Source: the human T2T-CHM13v2.0 reference genome, Homo sapiens
DNA: 64,000 bases
Direction: 5' to 3' (one strand)
Assembly: GCF_009914755.1 (NCBI RefSeq)
Contig: NC_060935.1
The number at the start of each line of letters is the position of its first letter. Position 1 is the stretch's first letter. This document shows, piece after piece, positions 1 through 10,110 of this stretch. The notes under the pieces were generated by a model, which was not told the origin of the DNA, did not search any database, and saw nothing but the letters and a program-made list of their open reading frames with translations. A program made the position numbers and the translations under genes.

Positions 1-120
1 GTGAGGTAATGCATGTTAATTAGTTTGATTTAGTCAACACTGTATACATATTTCAAAACATGTTGTACATGATATATATATACAATTTTTATTTGTCAAT
101 TAAAAATAAATTAATAATAA
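1..120 (+). mobile_element. L1M(A)-type 3' UTR end fragment
   Basis: TGAGGTAATGCAT...TTAGTTTGATTTAGTCA...TTTGTCAATTAAAAATAAA resembles old L1MA 3' ends. Confidence 0.75.
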
Positions 121-125
121 GATAT

Positions 126-304
126 GACCAGGCATGGTGGCATGTGCCTGCCGTCCCAGCTACTTGTGGAAGGGTGAGGTGGTGGGATTGCGTGAGCACA
201 GGAGGTTGAAGCTGCAGTAAGCCTTGATTATGCCACTGAACTCCAGCTTGGGAGCTACAGCAAGACTCTGTCTCAAAAAATAGATAAAATAAAATAAAAT
301 AAAA
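126..304 (+). mobile_element. Alu right-arm monomer (FRAM/AluJ-like)
   Basis: CCAGGCATGGTGGCATGTGCCTG...GACTCTGTCTC followed by an A-rich tail, heavily diverged. Confidence 0.85.
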
Positions 305-1644
305 TTTTAAAAATGAATCCTAACATATAAGGCTTCAAATCGTGTTTGGCTTACTTTTATAGACAAAGCACTGCATCCAAAACTGTCTTCATGAACACAC
401 TCTACAAAAAAGTGCTCAAGGAAAAAATCTAAAATCTGAGAAAAGATGACTTCTCATAATGAAAGACAGCTCCCATGCCTGGGCTATGATGCTTCCACAG
501 ACCTCTCCACCTCCTAATTGTATAAAAACCACTAAACTGCACACCCCACAAATCAAAAAAACACACAGTATTAATCTGTCAATATTAAAGCTAATATAGA
601 GATGTCAGCATACCAGAGGGAAGATGAAGGAAAAGACATATTATCATGTGCATTATCAACAGTTATAAGAAACAAAGCATGCTTTATTCTTGCTCTAGAA
701 AAAAGGCTCATCAGAAGAAACTATTTCTTCCTGTATGTGTACTTGTGCCCTTTGCTGTCCTGTGGGCTTCCGCCTTTAGTTTTGATTTACATTTGGTTCT
801 GAAATACTGTATGAGGAGGCAGAACATTTCTGCTGCACCTCTGGTCTTGGATTCTTTCCTTTTTGCTGTAATACTATATATTACCCCCTGTAGCTTTTTG
901 CTGAAACCATCCCTCACATAGAAGTGTAAAAATGCTCCCTTTTAAATTGCATTAATTCTGAAATGTAGCTATTTGAAAAAACTTAAAGTGTTGTCAAACA
1001 CTAGACAGGTTACCTGCATAATTCACATTACCTTATTGAGACCTCAGATACAGTTACAAAATAATATCTGCTGTGCTGAGCGCAGAGCGACAACCAGGGC
1101 GAGGGGGGTACCTCAGGGATATCATGAGGGCACCAAGGATTTGGGGATTTGGGTTTAAGAAAGTCATTCATGTCCCCCACTATCATATTAAAAATGAAAT
1201 GATTCCATCTGTATTCATGTGCCACAGGCAGCAGGGATATAGGAAGACTGGCCCTGATCACAGCCTCGGCCTTGCGGACTATTCAGGAACACTCCACCCA
1301 GCAGTCAAACACAGAATGGGCCACGTCTCTGTCTAAATTACACCTTTCAATGGCTTACCACAGCTCTCAGCATAATGGCCAAGCTCCCTTAACATTACTC
1401 CCCATGCCTTTCACTGGTGGACACTTGTTTACCTATATTCACACCTGGAAATCTTGGCAAGTGCTGTTCTATCCCCCTTCTCCCTCTCACTGCACCCAAT
1501 GTCTGAAATGACTTGTCCAGAATCAAGGCAGCACGGTCAACCCCTGCTCACAGCTTCCACCCAGTAATCATCCCTGAACTCCTTCAGTCCGGAGAAGGCA
1601 TGCTGGATTTTAACATTTTAAAAATGAAGAATCCTAATATATAC

Positions 1645-1875
1645 AATATGATTACTATAATAATCACAATGTATTGTCTTCTTGAAAATTGATAAGGAAG
1701 CAGACTTTAAGTGTTAAGTGTTATCATCACAAAAATATGATAAATATATGAGGTAATGCATATGGTCATTAGCTTGATTCAGTCATTGGATACTGCATAG
1801 ATATTTCAAAACAACATGCTCTACAGGATAAATTTATACAATCTTTATTTGTCAGTTAAAACTAAATAATAAAAT
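1645..1875 (+). mobile_element. L1M(A)-type 3' end fragment
   Basis: CTTGAAAATTGATAAG...TGAGGTAATGCATATG...TTTGTCAGTTAAA, with a possible degenerate TSD GA(A/G)TCCTAA(T/C)A(T/C)ATA on both sides. Confidence 0.75.
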
Positions 1876-2470
1876 GACACTCTTTTTAAAGAGTCCTAAC
1901 ACATAAGGCTTCAAATCATGTTTGCCTTACATTTACAGGCAAAGCAGCACACACTTCAGCCTCAGTTCAGACACCACTTCCTCTAGGAAGCCTTTCCCAA
2001 TTCCTCAAGTCTATATTAGGTGCTCTTTGTGTATTCCTATCTCTCAAGTGCATTTCCTCCATTAAAGCGCATATCACACTCTTTAGAACTTCACACTTAA
2101 ATTGCAAAATACATTTTCTCAAGTAAAACTCTTATGATGAACACACATATGTGAAGAAGAAGTGTGATAATACATGTGGAGCTATTCTGTTGAAGAAGGG
2201 GTGGAGAAGCTGAAGCTACACGTGTTCAGCCTCCTTGGTAGCTGTGCACTGACCTCCAAGGCACTTCTGGAGAATCCTGGTACTCTCCAGAATGCATCTG
2301 AAAGATATGTACAATACAATGGAACTGACAATTGTTTGTCTATATTGTCCACTAGGCAATACATTCCAAGAGGTCAGGAACCATGTGTGTTTCATTCATA
2401 TTGTGCCAGATGCTCAGTTACTTAGCACAATATACAGGAGGCATTAGGGATGTTAGAAATAATCACCGAA

Positions 2471-2726
2471 GGCCGGGCGCACTGGCTTACGCCTGTAATC
2501 CCAGCACTTTGGGAGACCGAGGCCAGCGGATCACGAGGTCAGGAGATCAAGACCATCCTGGCTAACACGGTGAAACCCCGTCTCTACTAAAAACACAAAA
2601 AAATTAACCGGTCATGGTGGCAGGCGCCTGTGGTCCCAGCTACTCAGGAGGCTCAGGAAGGAGAATGGCGTGAACCGGGAGGTGGAGCTTTCAGTTAGCC
2701 GAGATCTCGCCACAGCACTTCAGCCT
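2471..2726 (+). mobile_element. AluY-like element lacking its 3' end and poly(A) tail
   Basis: AluY diagnostics ACCATCCTGGCTAACACGG, GAATGGCGTGAACC and GGAGCTT. Similarity stops at CAGCCT. Confidence 0.9.
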
Positions 2727-2792
2727 TCATTGAATACATGAATAATAGTTATAGCAGGGGTTAGCAGTAGAAGTTATGATAAAGAACTATTT

Positions 2793-3105
<313 letters not shown>

Positions 3106-5443
3106 CTACCTTTCATCTTTAGAAGGCAGTTAAGATCAAGTAAAGAATGATCTGAAAAGAGAGAGCCTTGAAAGAGGCTAGGTAGCTCAGACACTAACTC
3201 ACCTTCACTCTCAAGTCATCTTAATCCTTTTAGAAAGATCAATGTATTCCCTGAATGGCATGGCGCAGATGAGGTAGACACATTCTACACCTGGTTCATC
3301 CATCTAAAAGATTTTCCTATTTTAATAAAGGGAAGGATTTTATTAAGGTGTTCCAGAACTGCCTTTTTACACTAACCTGACTTCAACATAGAAAGTTCAA
3401 GAGTAATTTCCAGAAGGAAGATAATTTACATTATGACTCAGCTCTTAAGGACAGAGACAGAAATATGCATATCCTTCTAGACTCTTAGAGTGATAGGGCT
3501 GTGAGACCACATATGCTCAGAGTTCTGCGTGACATCAAGCTTATGCTTATTACTAGTTTATATTACTAGTAATAATAACTATGCTTATTATTAGAGATCA
3601 GTGACTCTGTGGGCTGGGCTCCATTGTTTGACTCTTTTGTTCTGAAACAATACAGTTTTGCTTTCATTCACTGAAAGGGAAAATCCTGTAGCAAAAATCA
3701 CTGTCATTTAATAAACTCATTATGGTCATTAATGTCACTCACAACCTAGTAGCATCCTCCACTACATAGTACACAGACACCTGGCTAAACCCTGCTCTTT
3801 AAAAAAGTTTCTATAAAATGATATTATCCATGGTGGCAAGTCAATGCCAGGTTACATTTAAAATATGTAATCACCACTATGCTTTACAAGATTATAGACT
3901 TTAATATCCTTAGAGCTGAACAAAAAATACACAGAAGAGATTCTTTGCTTTCAGACTCTTTAAAAATAATTTATTGACATTGTTCTCTGTTGTGTTGCCT
4001 TCCCTTTAAGCTCTGATCTTTGTACTTAAGTCAGTGTGCTATCATCAACGATGACAATAGAAACCACATTAAGAAACAAGCTTCACTACTTTAAAATCTA
4101 AGGCAGCACAATTACTAGAACTGCAGGCCTATCACTAGATAATGATAATGTAACAGATGATTCAATACTATTATACTAACCAAAGAGAACTAATTTCAGA
4201 ATTGTTTACCACCAACACCTGTACTTTCTACACGCAACAAAAGGTCAAGAAAATGAAATGAAGAATGCATCTGTATTCTAAAGCCCCTAGGCAGGAAGTT
4301 CCATCTAGTTAGATTTTAAAATAAGTAAGTAATATTGCAGTTAATTGCTACCTTTACACTTCTTAATCTGCACACTGAGCAACACTTAGTTTTGGCCAGT
4401 TATTATTACAAAAGCACCAACTGTGTAGGCACTAAAATTAGAATACATAGATGCTACTGCTAAATTAAGATTTTCTTTGTGACTAGAGGCAGAAATGGGT
4501 ATCAAAAGTAAATCAGTTTGAGCGAGAATAATAAATACGATATAAGGAAATGTAAACATTCTATTAAGTACTGTAAATTATTATAGTTTAATCTTTCTTA
4601 GTTATAGAGCCTCATGTTCTCCTGGAGACGGGCAACAAATTCAACTACCCTCCTTCATTGGGCCACATTTAGCCATTCTACAGGTAGAAAGGCTCTGCAG
4701 ATATACCTTCAGAACAAGAATACCCTATGATGGAGAGTTCCGGAAGGCCAGGACACAGCAGCAGATCAGCTTCTTATAATGGGTAGAAGCAGACTATCAT
4801 TCGACAACCCTAACATTATGTATTTCCACATCATTTCTTAGCTACTCCAGGTATCTGGAGCTATTAGGCATAGTATATCAAGAAGTTGTGGGGTTTTACT
4901 GTATTAGGCTGGACAGGATAAAACACACCTCATGCCCTGAACAGGACACCCGGCTTTTTTGCTCCTTTCTTCATCCCAACATTAAGCAGCAACTAACAAG
5001 TCCAGCAGGAACAAATGAAAAGCCTTCAAGTATGTCTATCATCAGGTAATGGTTTCTAAAACTCCTATTCAAAGGTCACTTCTAATTTTTTGTTGTGATT
5101 TCCTATAATTTGCAATCTGAGAGCCAGGTCTTCTAAAGACCCTAAATTAATGTTTAGAAACTTTCATTTTCTATTTTTCTCCTGATTATATTCCATGTTC
5201 ATGTCCTCCTCAAGCTTTTATCATGTCTTAATCTGATAGTCAAATGAGCAAGAATATTGTCGTCTTCAATGAGTCATTAGAAAAATTTGGGAGAGCAGGT
5301 TGACAATGTCTGGAATCAGAACAAGGTTTTAATTTAATAAGTTATACTTTCTCTCTGTCAGCTATGGCCATTAAGATTTCCCAAGTGTTGTCTAGAATTT
5401 TTCATAGCCCCATTATTCTTACTCTTTCACCAAAACTCTATGC

Positions 5444-5684
5444 CAATGTTTCTCAACCATTTTTTCACTATTGCTAACCTCCATCCCTTAAAGACTCTTT
5501 TTAGACTTCTTTTCTGATCACTCTCCCTCCTTGTGAATGGTAATACCACAGAAATGTATATCTATTTATATCTGCTAGCCCTTTGAAGGAACACAGACCG
5601 TTGCAATATCTAAGATTGTGTTCACCCTCTAAGATCTAATTGCACCCCATTGGGGACAATATTGCCCCACTTGAAGAATGCATG
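5444..5684. mobile_element. Non-autonomous hAT-type DNA transposon relic
   Basis: Degenerate terminal inverted repeats CAATGTTTCTCAA / TTGAAGAATGCATG and an internal palindrome TGGGGACAATATTGCCCCA. Confidence 0.6.
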
Positions 5685-5867
5685 CTCATTTAGGAAAAAG
5701 CTGCCATTTGAAAATTTTCTAAACTAACAATCCATTATGAATATTAACATTTTTTACTCTATATAAAACAAATTTTAATGTGTAACTACGTTTTTCTCCT
5801 TCCTAGTCTTGCTTGTAAGATGACATTGACATTGAGGAAAGTATTGAGCAATCAGAACTAATCAAAG

Positions 5868-5870
<3 letters not shown>

Positions 5871-5900
<30 letters not shown>
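5871..5900. repeat. (GT)15 microsatellite
   Basis: Read directly. Confidence 0.98.
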
Positions 5901-5903
<3 letters not shown>

Positions 5904-7313
5904 GTTAAAGTAACTGCAAAACAGTTTTAACTGAAATATGAAGAAATGAGAAATCCAGGGTAGTTTTTAAAGCTTTCATGAAACATAGCATTTCCCATAT
6001 AGACTGAACAGATGTATGGAGATGTATAGAGTTTTAACAATGGAAACTAAAATGAGATTATTCTCTTTCAAAAAAAAAAAAACCTGCTGAGCTACATAAC
6101 TTGGTTTTAGTCAGAATCTTGGGTTAATGGGCAATGGTTACATGCTTTTCATTTTCTGTCCTTGACTTCTTGTAACTGATACTTGGGAGGGTGAGGATTA
6201 CAAAATTATGGCTATGAAGTCATGCAAATTACAAGTGGAATTTTACTCTATGTAGCTAAAAGGACATATAAAGTGCAACTAATAACAAACCTACAAGATC
6301 TGTCCCTAGTGGAAACATTAAAGAGTAAAGACAAAAAACCACACAGTTTGGTGTTGGGCCTAATCCTTAAGTGTAGTAAAAAAATAAATAAATAAATAAA
6401 TTACGTGCTTTTAACTAAGACAGAGAGTTACCAAAAATGCACGGCTGGAATCTTTTACATAAAAACGCTATGAAAAAGTAAGATGACTCTGTGGCTTCCC
6501 CTGCTACAAATCTACACCACTTCAGGTGACGAGTACACTGATATCCATAGTCTACTCATCATCAGATAACATAATGAAATTTTGGTTTCCCTGCAAAGTC
6601 CAAAAGTCATTTAGTAAATTCCAAATTAAGGACATACCAAGAAAGAAACTGATAAGATGGCTAATAGGAATTTACCAAGACAGTCAAATACTGTCAGCTG
6701 AAACTGTGAAGCCATCAACAATTGCTTGATGGTCTCCTTGGGAGATGTGTTAGTACTTTAAGCAAGCAGGAGAGAAAGATACTGATGTAGGAAAAAACAA
6801 GATCCAAAAGCCTATGGGTCAGTTCAGGTACATGGCAGAACAGCTAAAATTTGCTGGGAACATCAGCTACAGTTTTAGGTGGAGGCCCCAGAAAGTAAAT
6901 AAACTCAGCTTAGGGTCTCTGGAACCAGTGACCCAGGTGTCCTCTAGAGTAAAGGAAAACAAACAAGCTGGCTTGGGACCTTGCTTAGGACAGCTGTTTC
7001 AGGAGCTGTGCTCCTTGTAGATAATTGGAAGCCGCTTCTGCAAGGAAACTAGCAGCAGAAGCCTGGTGCCCCTGTGGTACTGATGAAACCCCAGAAGCCT
7101 TGGTCTCCTACACTCTGAGCTTCTGAGTCAGGGTGAACTTCAATAGGAAAGTCACTTAGGGGACCTAAAGGGCAATAGGCTGCACACTGCCATTTCCCGA
7201 AAATAAATAGTAAATTGTCACTGTTCCAGATATAACTGCTAGATTGAAACGCACGATTTCTCCTCTCACTCGTAAAAATAAATAAATAAATAAATAAAAT
7301 TTAAATAAACGTC

Positions 7314-7498
7314 TATCACCCAGGGAAAGCTACTCTTGACTCCTTCCACCTATCAAAATTGCCTAAGAAAGGTTGAGTCTGACCAAGGGGCGGCGCAGCT
7401 TGCAACTTTCGCCAACTCCGGGATGAGGCACCGCATCCTGGTACCAGAGGCTTGGACACCAAAATGACTTCTCTAGGGTGCAGCAAGGTGAGCCACCT
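7314..7498 (+). repeat. Direct repeat copy A (in intron 1)
   Basis: Aligns colinearly with 8699-8886, about 31 differences in about 188 columns by hand count. Confidence 0.95.
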
Positions 7499-7717
7499 GG
7501 CTTATCCTATCCCCATCAGCACGCGTCCCACACCTCTCAGTCCCATTCCGGAAATGGAGCTCTCTCAGGACTGGATACAGGCAGGAGACCTCCCTCCCCA
7601 AACAATGCATTCAGCCCGAGTTCACATTCAAGATTCAAAAAGAAAGGGGAAAAACATAGAAAGAACAATAACAATAGCAAACATGATTTTTTTTTCAGTT
7701 AAAAAATAAAATGAGTC

Positions 7718-7723
7718 TCTTAC
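7718..7723 (-). promoter_or_regulatory. PDGFD: 5' splice donor of PDGFD intron 1 (ATG|GTAAGA)
   Basis: Plus-strand TCTTAC at 7718-7723 is GTAAGA directly after the last exonic base. Confidence 0.96.
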
Positions 7724-7847
7724 CATCTCGCCTGAGGTTGGCGTTGCGCAAAGCTTTGATGGATGCGCTCTGCGGGGTTGCAGAAGTGTCCCGACAGCTG
7801 CAAAAGTTTGCGCAGATTAGAGTGTAGACAAAGATGAGCCGGTGCAT
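7724..7847 (-). CDS. PDGFD: Platelet-derived growth factor D, coding part of exon 1 (signal peptide and N-terminus; 41 codons + 1 nt)
   Basis: Reverse complement reads ATGCACCGGCTCATCTTTGTC...CGAGATG|GTAAG and translates to MHRLIFVYTLICANFCSCRDTSATPQSASIKALRNANLRRD, the N-terminus of human PDGF-D. Ends at a phase-1 canonical donor. Absent from the ORF track, which lists only ORFs of 60 aa or more. Confidence 0.98.
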
Positions 7848-8345
7848 TTGGGATCAGCGACTAGAGACAGCGTCGCTCCAAGAAAAAGCCGGGTTCTGCT
7901 CCCGGGACCGACGCCGCGCCGCCCTGCGCTCTCGCCGCCTGCGCTCGCCCTGCGCTGGCCCGGGTCGCTGTGCTAATCGCCGAGCTCTCCCCAAACTTCC
8001 TGCATGCTGAACTTTCCGAGCGCGTGTGGGTGCCGCACTTCCTTGTGGTGCTGAGCTGATAAATGGTGACGGGACAAACAACAGGTTGACGTTTGTTTGT
8101 TCGCCCCCTCCGGTGGCCGGCAGCTGCAGCACAGGCTGCAGGGGGCGGGCAGCGCCGAATCTAGCGGGGCAGGCGAGCGGAGCAGCAGCGTTCTCCAGCC
8201 CCGGCCGCGGCCCCTGAGAGGCGCGCACTCGGGCTCAGAGCGGCGGCGCGAGCACCTCAGCTCCCCAGTTTCCCAGGCCGGGCCTAAACCTGCTCTGCCA
8301 CTGAGCATGCCCAGTTTAATCGCCGGCCGGGACTCTTCCCACCGC
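7728..8345 (-). promoter_or_regulatory. PDGFD: CpG island: TATA-less promoter and 5' UTR of PDGFD
   Basis: Abrupt GC- and CpG-rich block in AT-rich DNA. GC box GGGGGCGGGC at 8141-8150, ETS cores GGAAGT on minus near 7995-8002 and 8036-8042, GATA TGATAA near 8057, no TATA box. The TSS cannot be fixed from sequence alone. Confidence 0.92.
7973..8005 (-). other. Candidate upstream ORF MQEVWGELGD*
   Basis: ATG at 8005-8003 and TAG at 7975-7973, 125 nt upstream of the PDGFD ATG. Translation is not shown. Confidence 0.55.
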
Positions 8346-8698
8346 CCTGGGCTTTACCCTCCTGGTTGGACCTGTAAGGGCTCAGGAAACAAACTCGCCA
8401 GGAGGAAGTGGGAGAGGGTAGAATCCCAGCACTTCTTCAGAGGTGACTGGCACATCCACCCACAAGCCACAGCTCTCCGCCTTGATGGTGGTGGGATGTG
8501 GGGACAGGGACTGGAGTTGGGAGTGTTTATTTTACAATAACCAAAATGAGACTCTACTTAGTTAAAATTTCACTGTTTATAGTGAAAAAATACAATCACA
8601 AAGGAGCTTAATTCCGAGCTTTTCTTTGAGCTCCCATCAGTGTGACCTTTGGGTGAGTCAAGGGTACCTTTTCAGGGAATAAAATAAAAATAAAAGTA

Positions 8699-8886
8699 TA
8701 TCACCCAGAGAAAGCTACTCTTGAGTCCCTCCATCTATCAAAAATGCCCGAGAAAAGGTCGAGACTGATGGAGGGATGGCGTAGCTTTCACTTTTCGCGA
8801 ACTCCAGGATGAGTCAGGGCATCCTGGTACCAGAGAGTATTGGACACCAAAATGCCTTTTCTAGGGTGCAGCAAGATGAACCACCT
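8699..8886 (+). repeat. Direct repeat copy B (upstream of the promoter)
   Basis: Shares blocks GAAAGCTACTCTTGA, GCATCCTGGTACCAGAG, TTGGACACCAAAATG and TCTAGGGTGCAGCAAG with 7314-7498. Confidence 0.95.
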
Positions 8887-9224
8887 ATCACACAGGGCTG
8901 TAGACGTGATGGGCCATGTGGTGCAGTGTACAATAAGGGCAAGAAGTCTTCACGAGCGTTTTTATATGCACTAGCTCCAGCCCTTCCACAGGAAAGGGCA
9001 ACAGGACAGAGTGGGGTTGAGCAGGAACAGACTGAGCAAGGGGAAGAAGTTGCAGAACACTGTGCTCACTTGCCTTCACAGTCCATAGGAAGAGGCATGG
9101 GTCGTTGAGGCTTTTGGGATTCTCCCTACTCTGCGTCTGGAAGCTCAGCAGTTGAAAGGGGCTGCCTCTGGTTTACATCGTGTGTCTGTCTGCCCATGGG
9201 AGGGGACTGTATTTGGAAAAGGAA

Positions 9225-9370
9225 TGAGTCCAGACTCGCTGCTCACTGGCTTTGTCCCCTTGAGCAAATCATCTGATCTTTCGAAACTCAGTTTATTTAT
9301 TTGCAAGAGTAGCAATTGTTAATTTGTATGGTTGTGGTGAGAATGATGTGAAAAAATGTTTAGCATATTG
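9225..9370. mobile_element. MIR relic
   Basis: TGCTCACTGGCTTTGTCCCCTTGAGCAAATCATCTGATCTTTCGAAACTCAGTTT resembles the MIR core. Confidence 0.6.
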
Positions 9371-9949
9371 TTTTGTTTGTAGCTGAATCCAAATCCAAAT
9401 TTATATGATTTCTCAATTTTCCGCTGATGAGATCTAGAAGAGAAAATTTTCAGTCTTTTTCAGGCCTTCCAGCTCCTGAAAGTCTGGCATATGGTAAGTG
9501 ATATCCATACATAGGGAACTTTAAGTGGCTGAGAAGGGCAGGAAGTTCTGGAAAAGGTAGCCTTGTCAAGTTATTATACCATCCAACAAGGACGAGGGTT
9601 CATGTGTCCCTTCAACATAGTCAAAGATCAACATGTTTCATCTCTATTGGCTTTTTGGCTTAAAATGGTATTTTACAAAATTTAGGTTTGTGGGCCATGA
9701 AATCAACTTCAATACCAGAATAATTGTTTAAATAAATGGATTGGAATACAATAGTTTAGAAATTTAATTATCAGGGTTCATTGGAGATAATAATATTGTT
9801 TTATGAATATTTTGTTTCAGATACACGAACACTACAATATAATAGTTATTTCTTTGGGGCATGATCAAAAAAGTTTGAAAGCCCCTGGAAAAAAAGATCT
9901 AATTACATTGTTTCAGGATATAGTGAAACCCTGGGAGAGACACTAAGGA

Positions 9950-10110
9950 TCATTTATTCATTCAACAGGTATTAATTAAGCATTAGTTTTTCCCCTTGTG
10001 TTATGCCCTGGTCTAAAAATCTTGGGGATTAAATTGTGAACAAGAAATAAAGTTCCTAATCTCTTTGAGTTTACATTATAATAGAGGAAAGGGAACATAA
10101 ACAAGTAAGT
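9950..10110 (-). mobile_element. L2 3' end relic
   Basis: CATTTATTCATTCAACAGGTATTAATTAAGCA...GAGTTTACATTATA pattern. Confidence 0.6.

Noticed and set aside
7854-8228. 124-codon open frame in frame with PDGFD, ending at TGA six nt before the ATG (possible N-terminal extension)
   Set aside because: It starts at a non-ATG codon, the in-frame stop blocks extension, and long open frames are expected in GC-rich DNA.
8026-8540. Plus-strand ORFs across the CpG island (63 and 147 aa)
   Set aside because: Low-complexity Ala/Gly/Arg/Pro translations with no recognisable domain, explained by stop-codon scarcity.
8809-9108. 99-aa ATG ORF divergent from PDGFD that starts in repeat copy B
   Set aside because: No recognisable domain, the frame is not preserved in copy A (indels), and nothing in the sequence shows it is transcribed.
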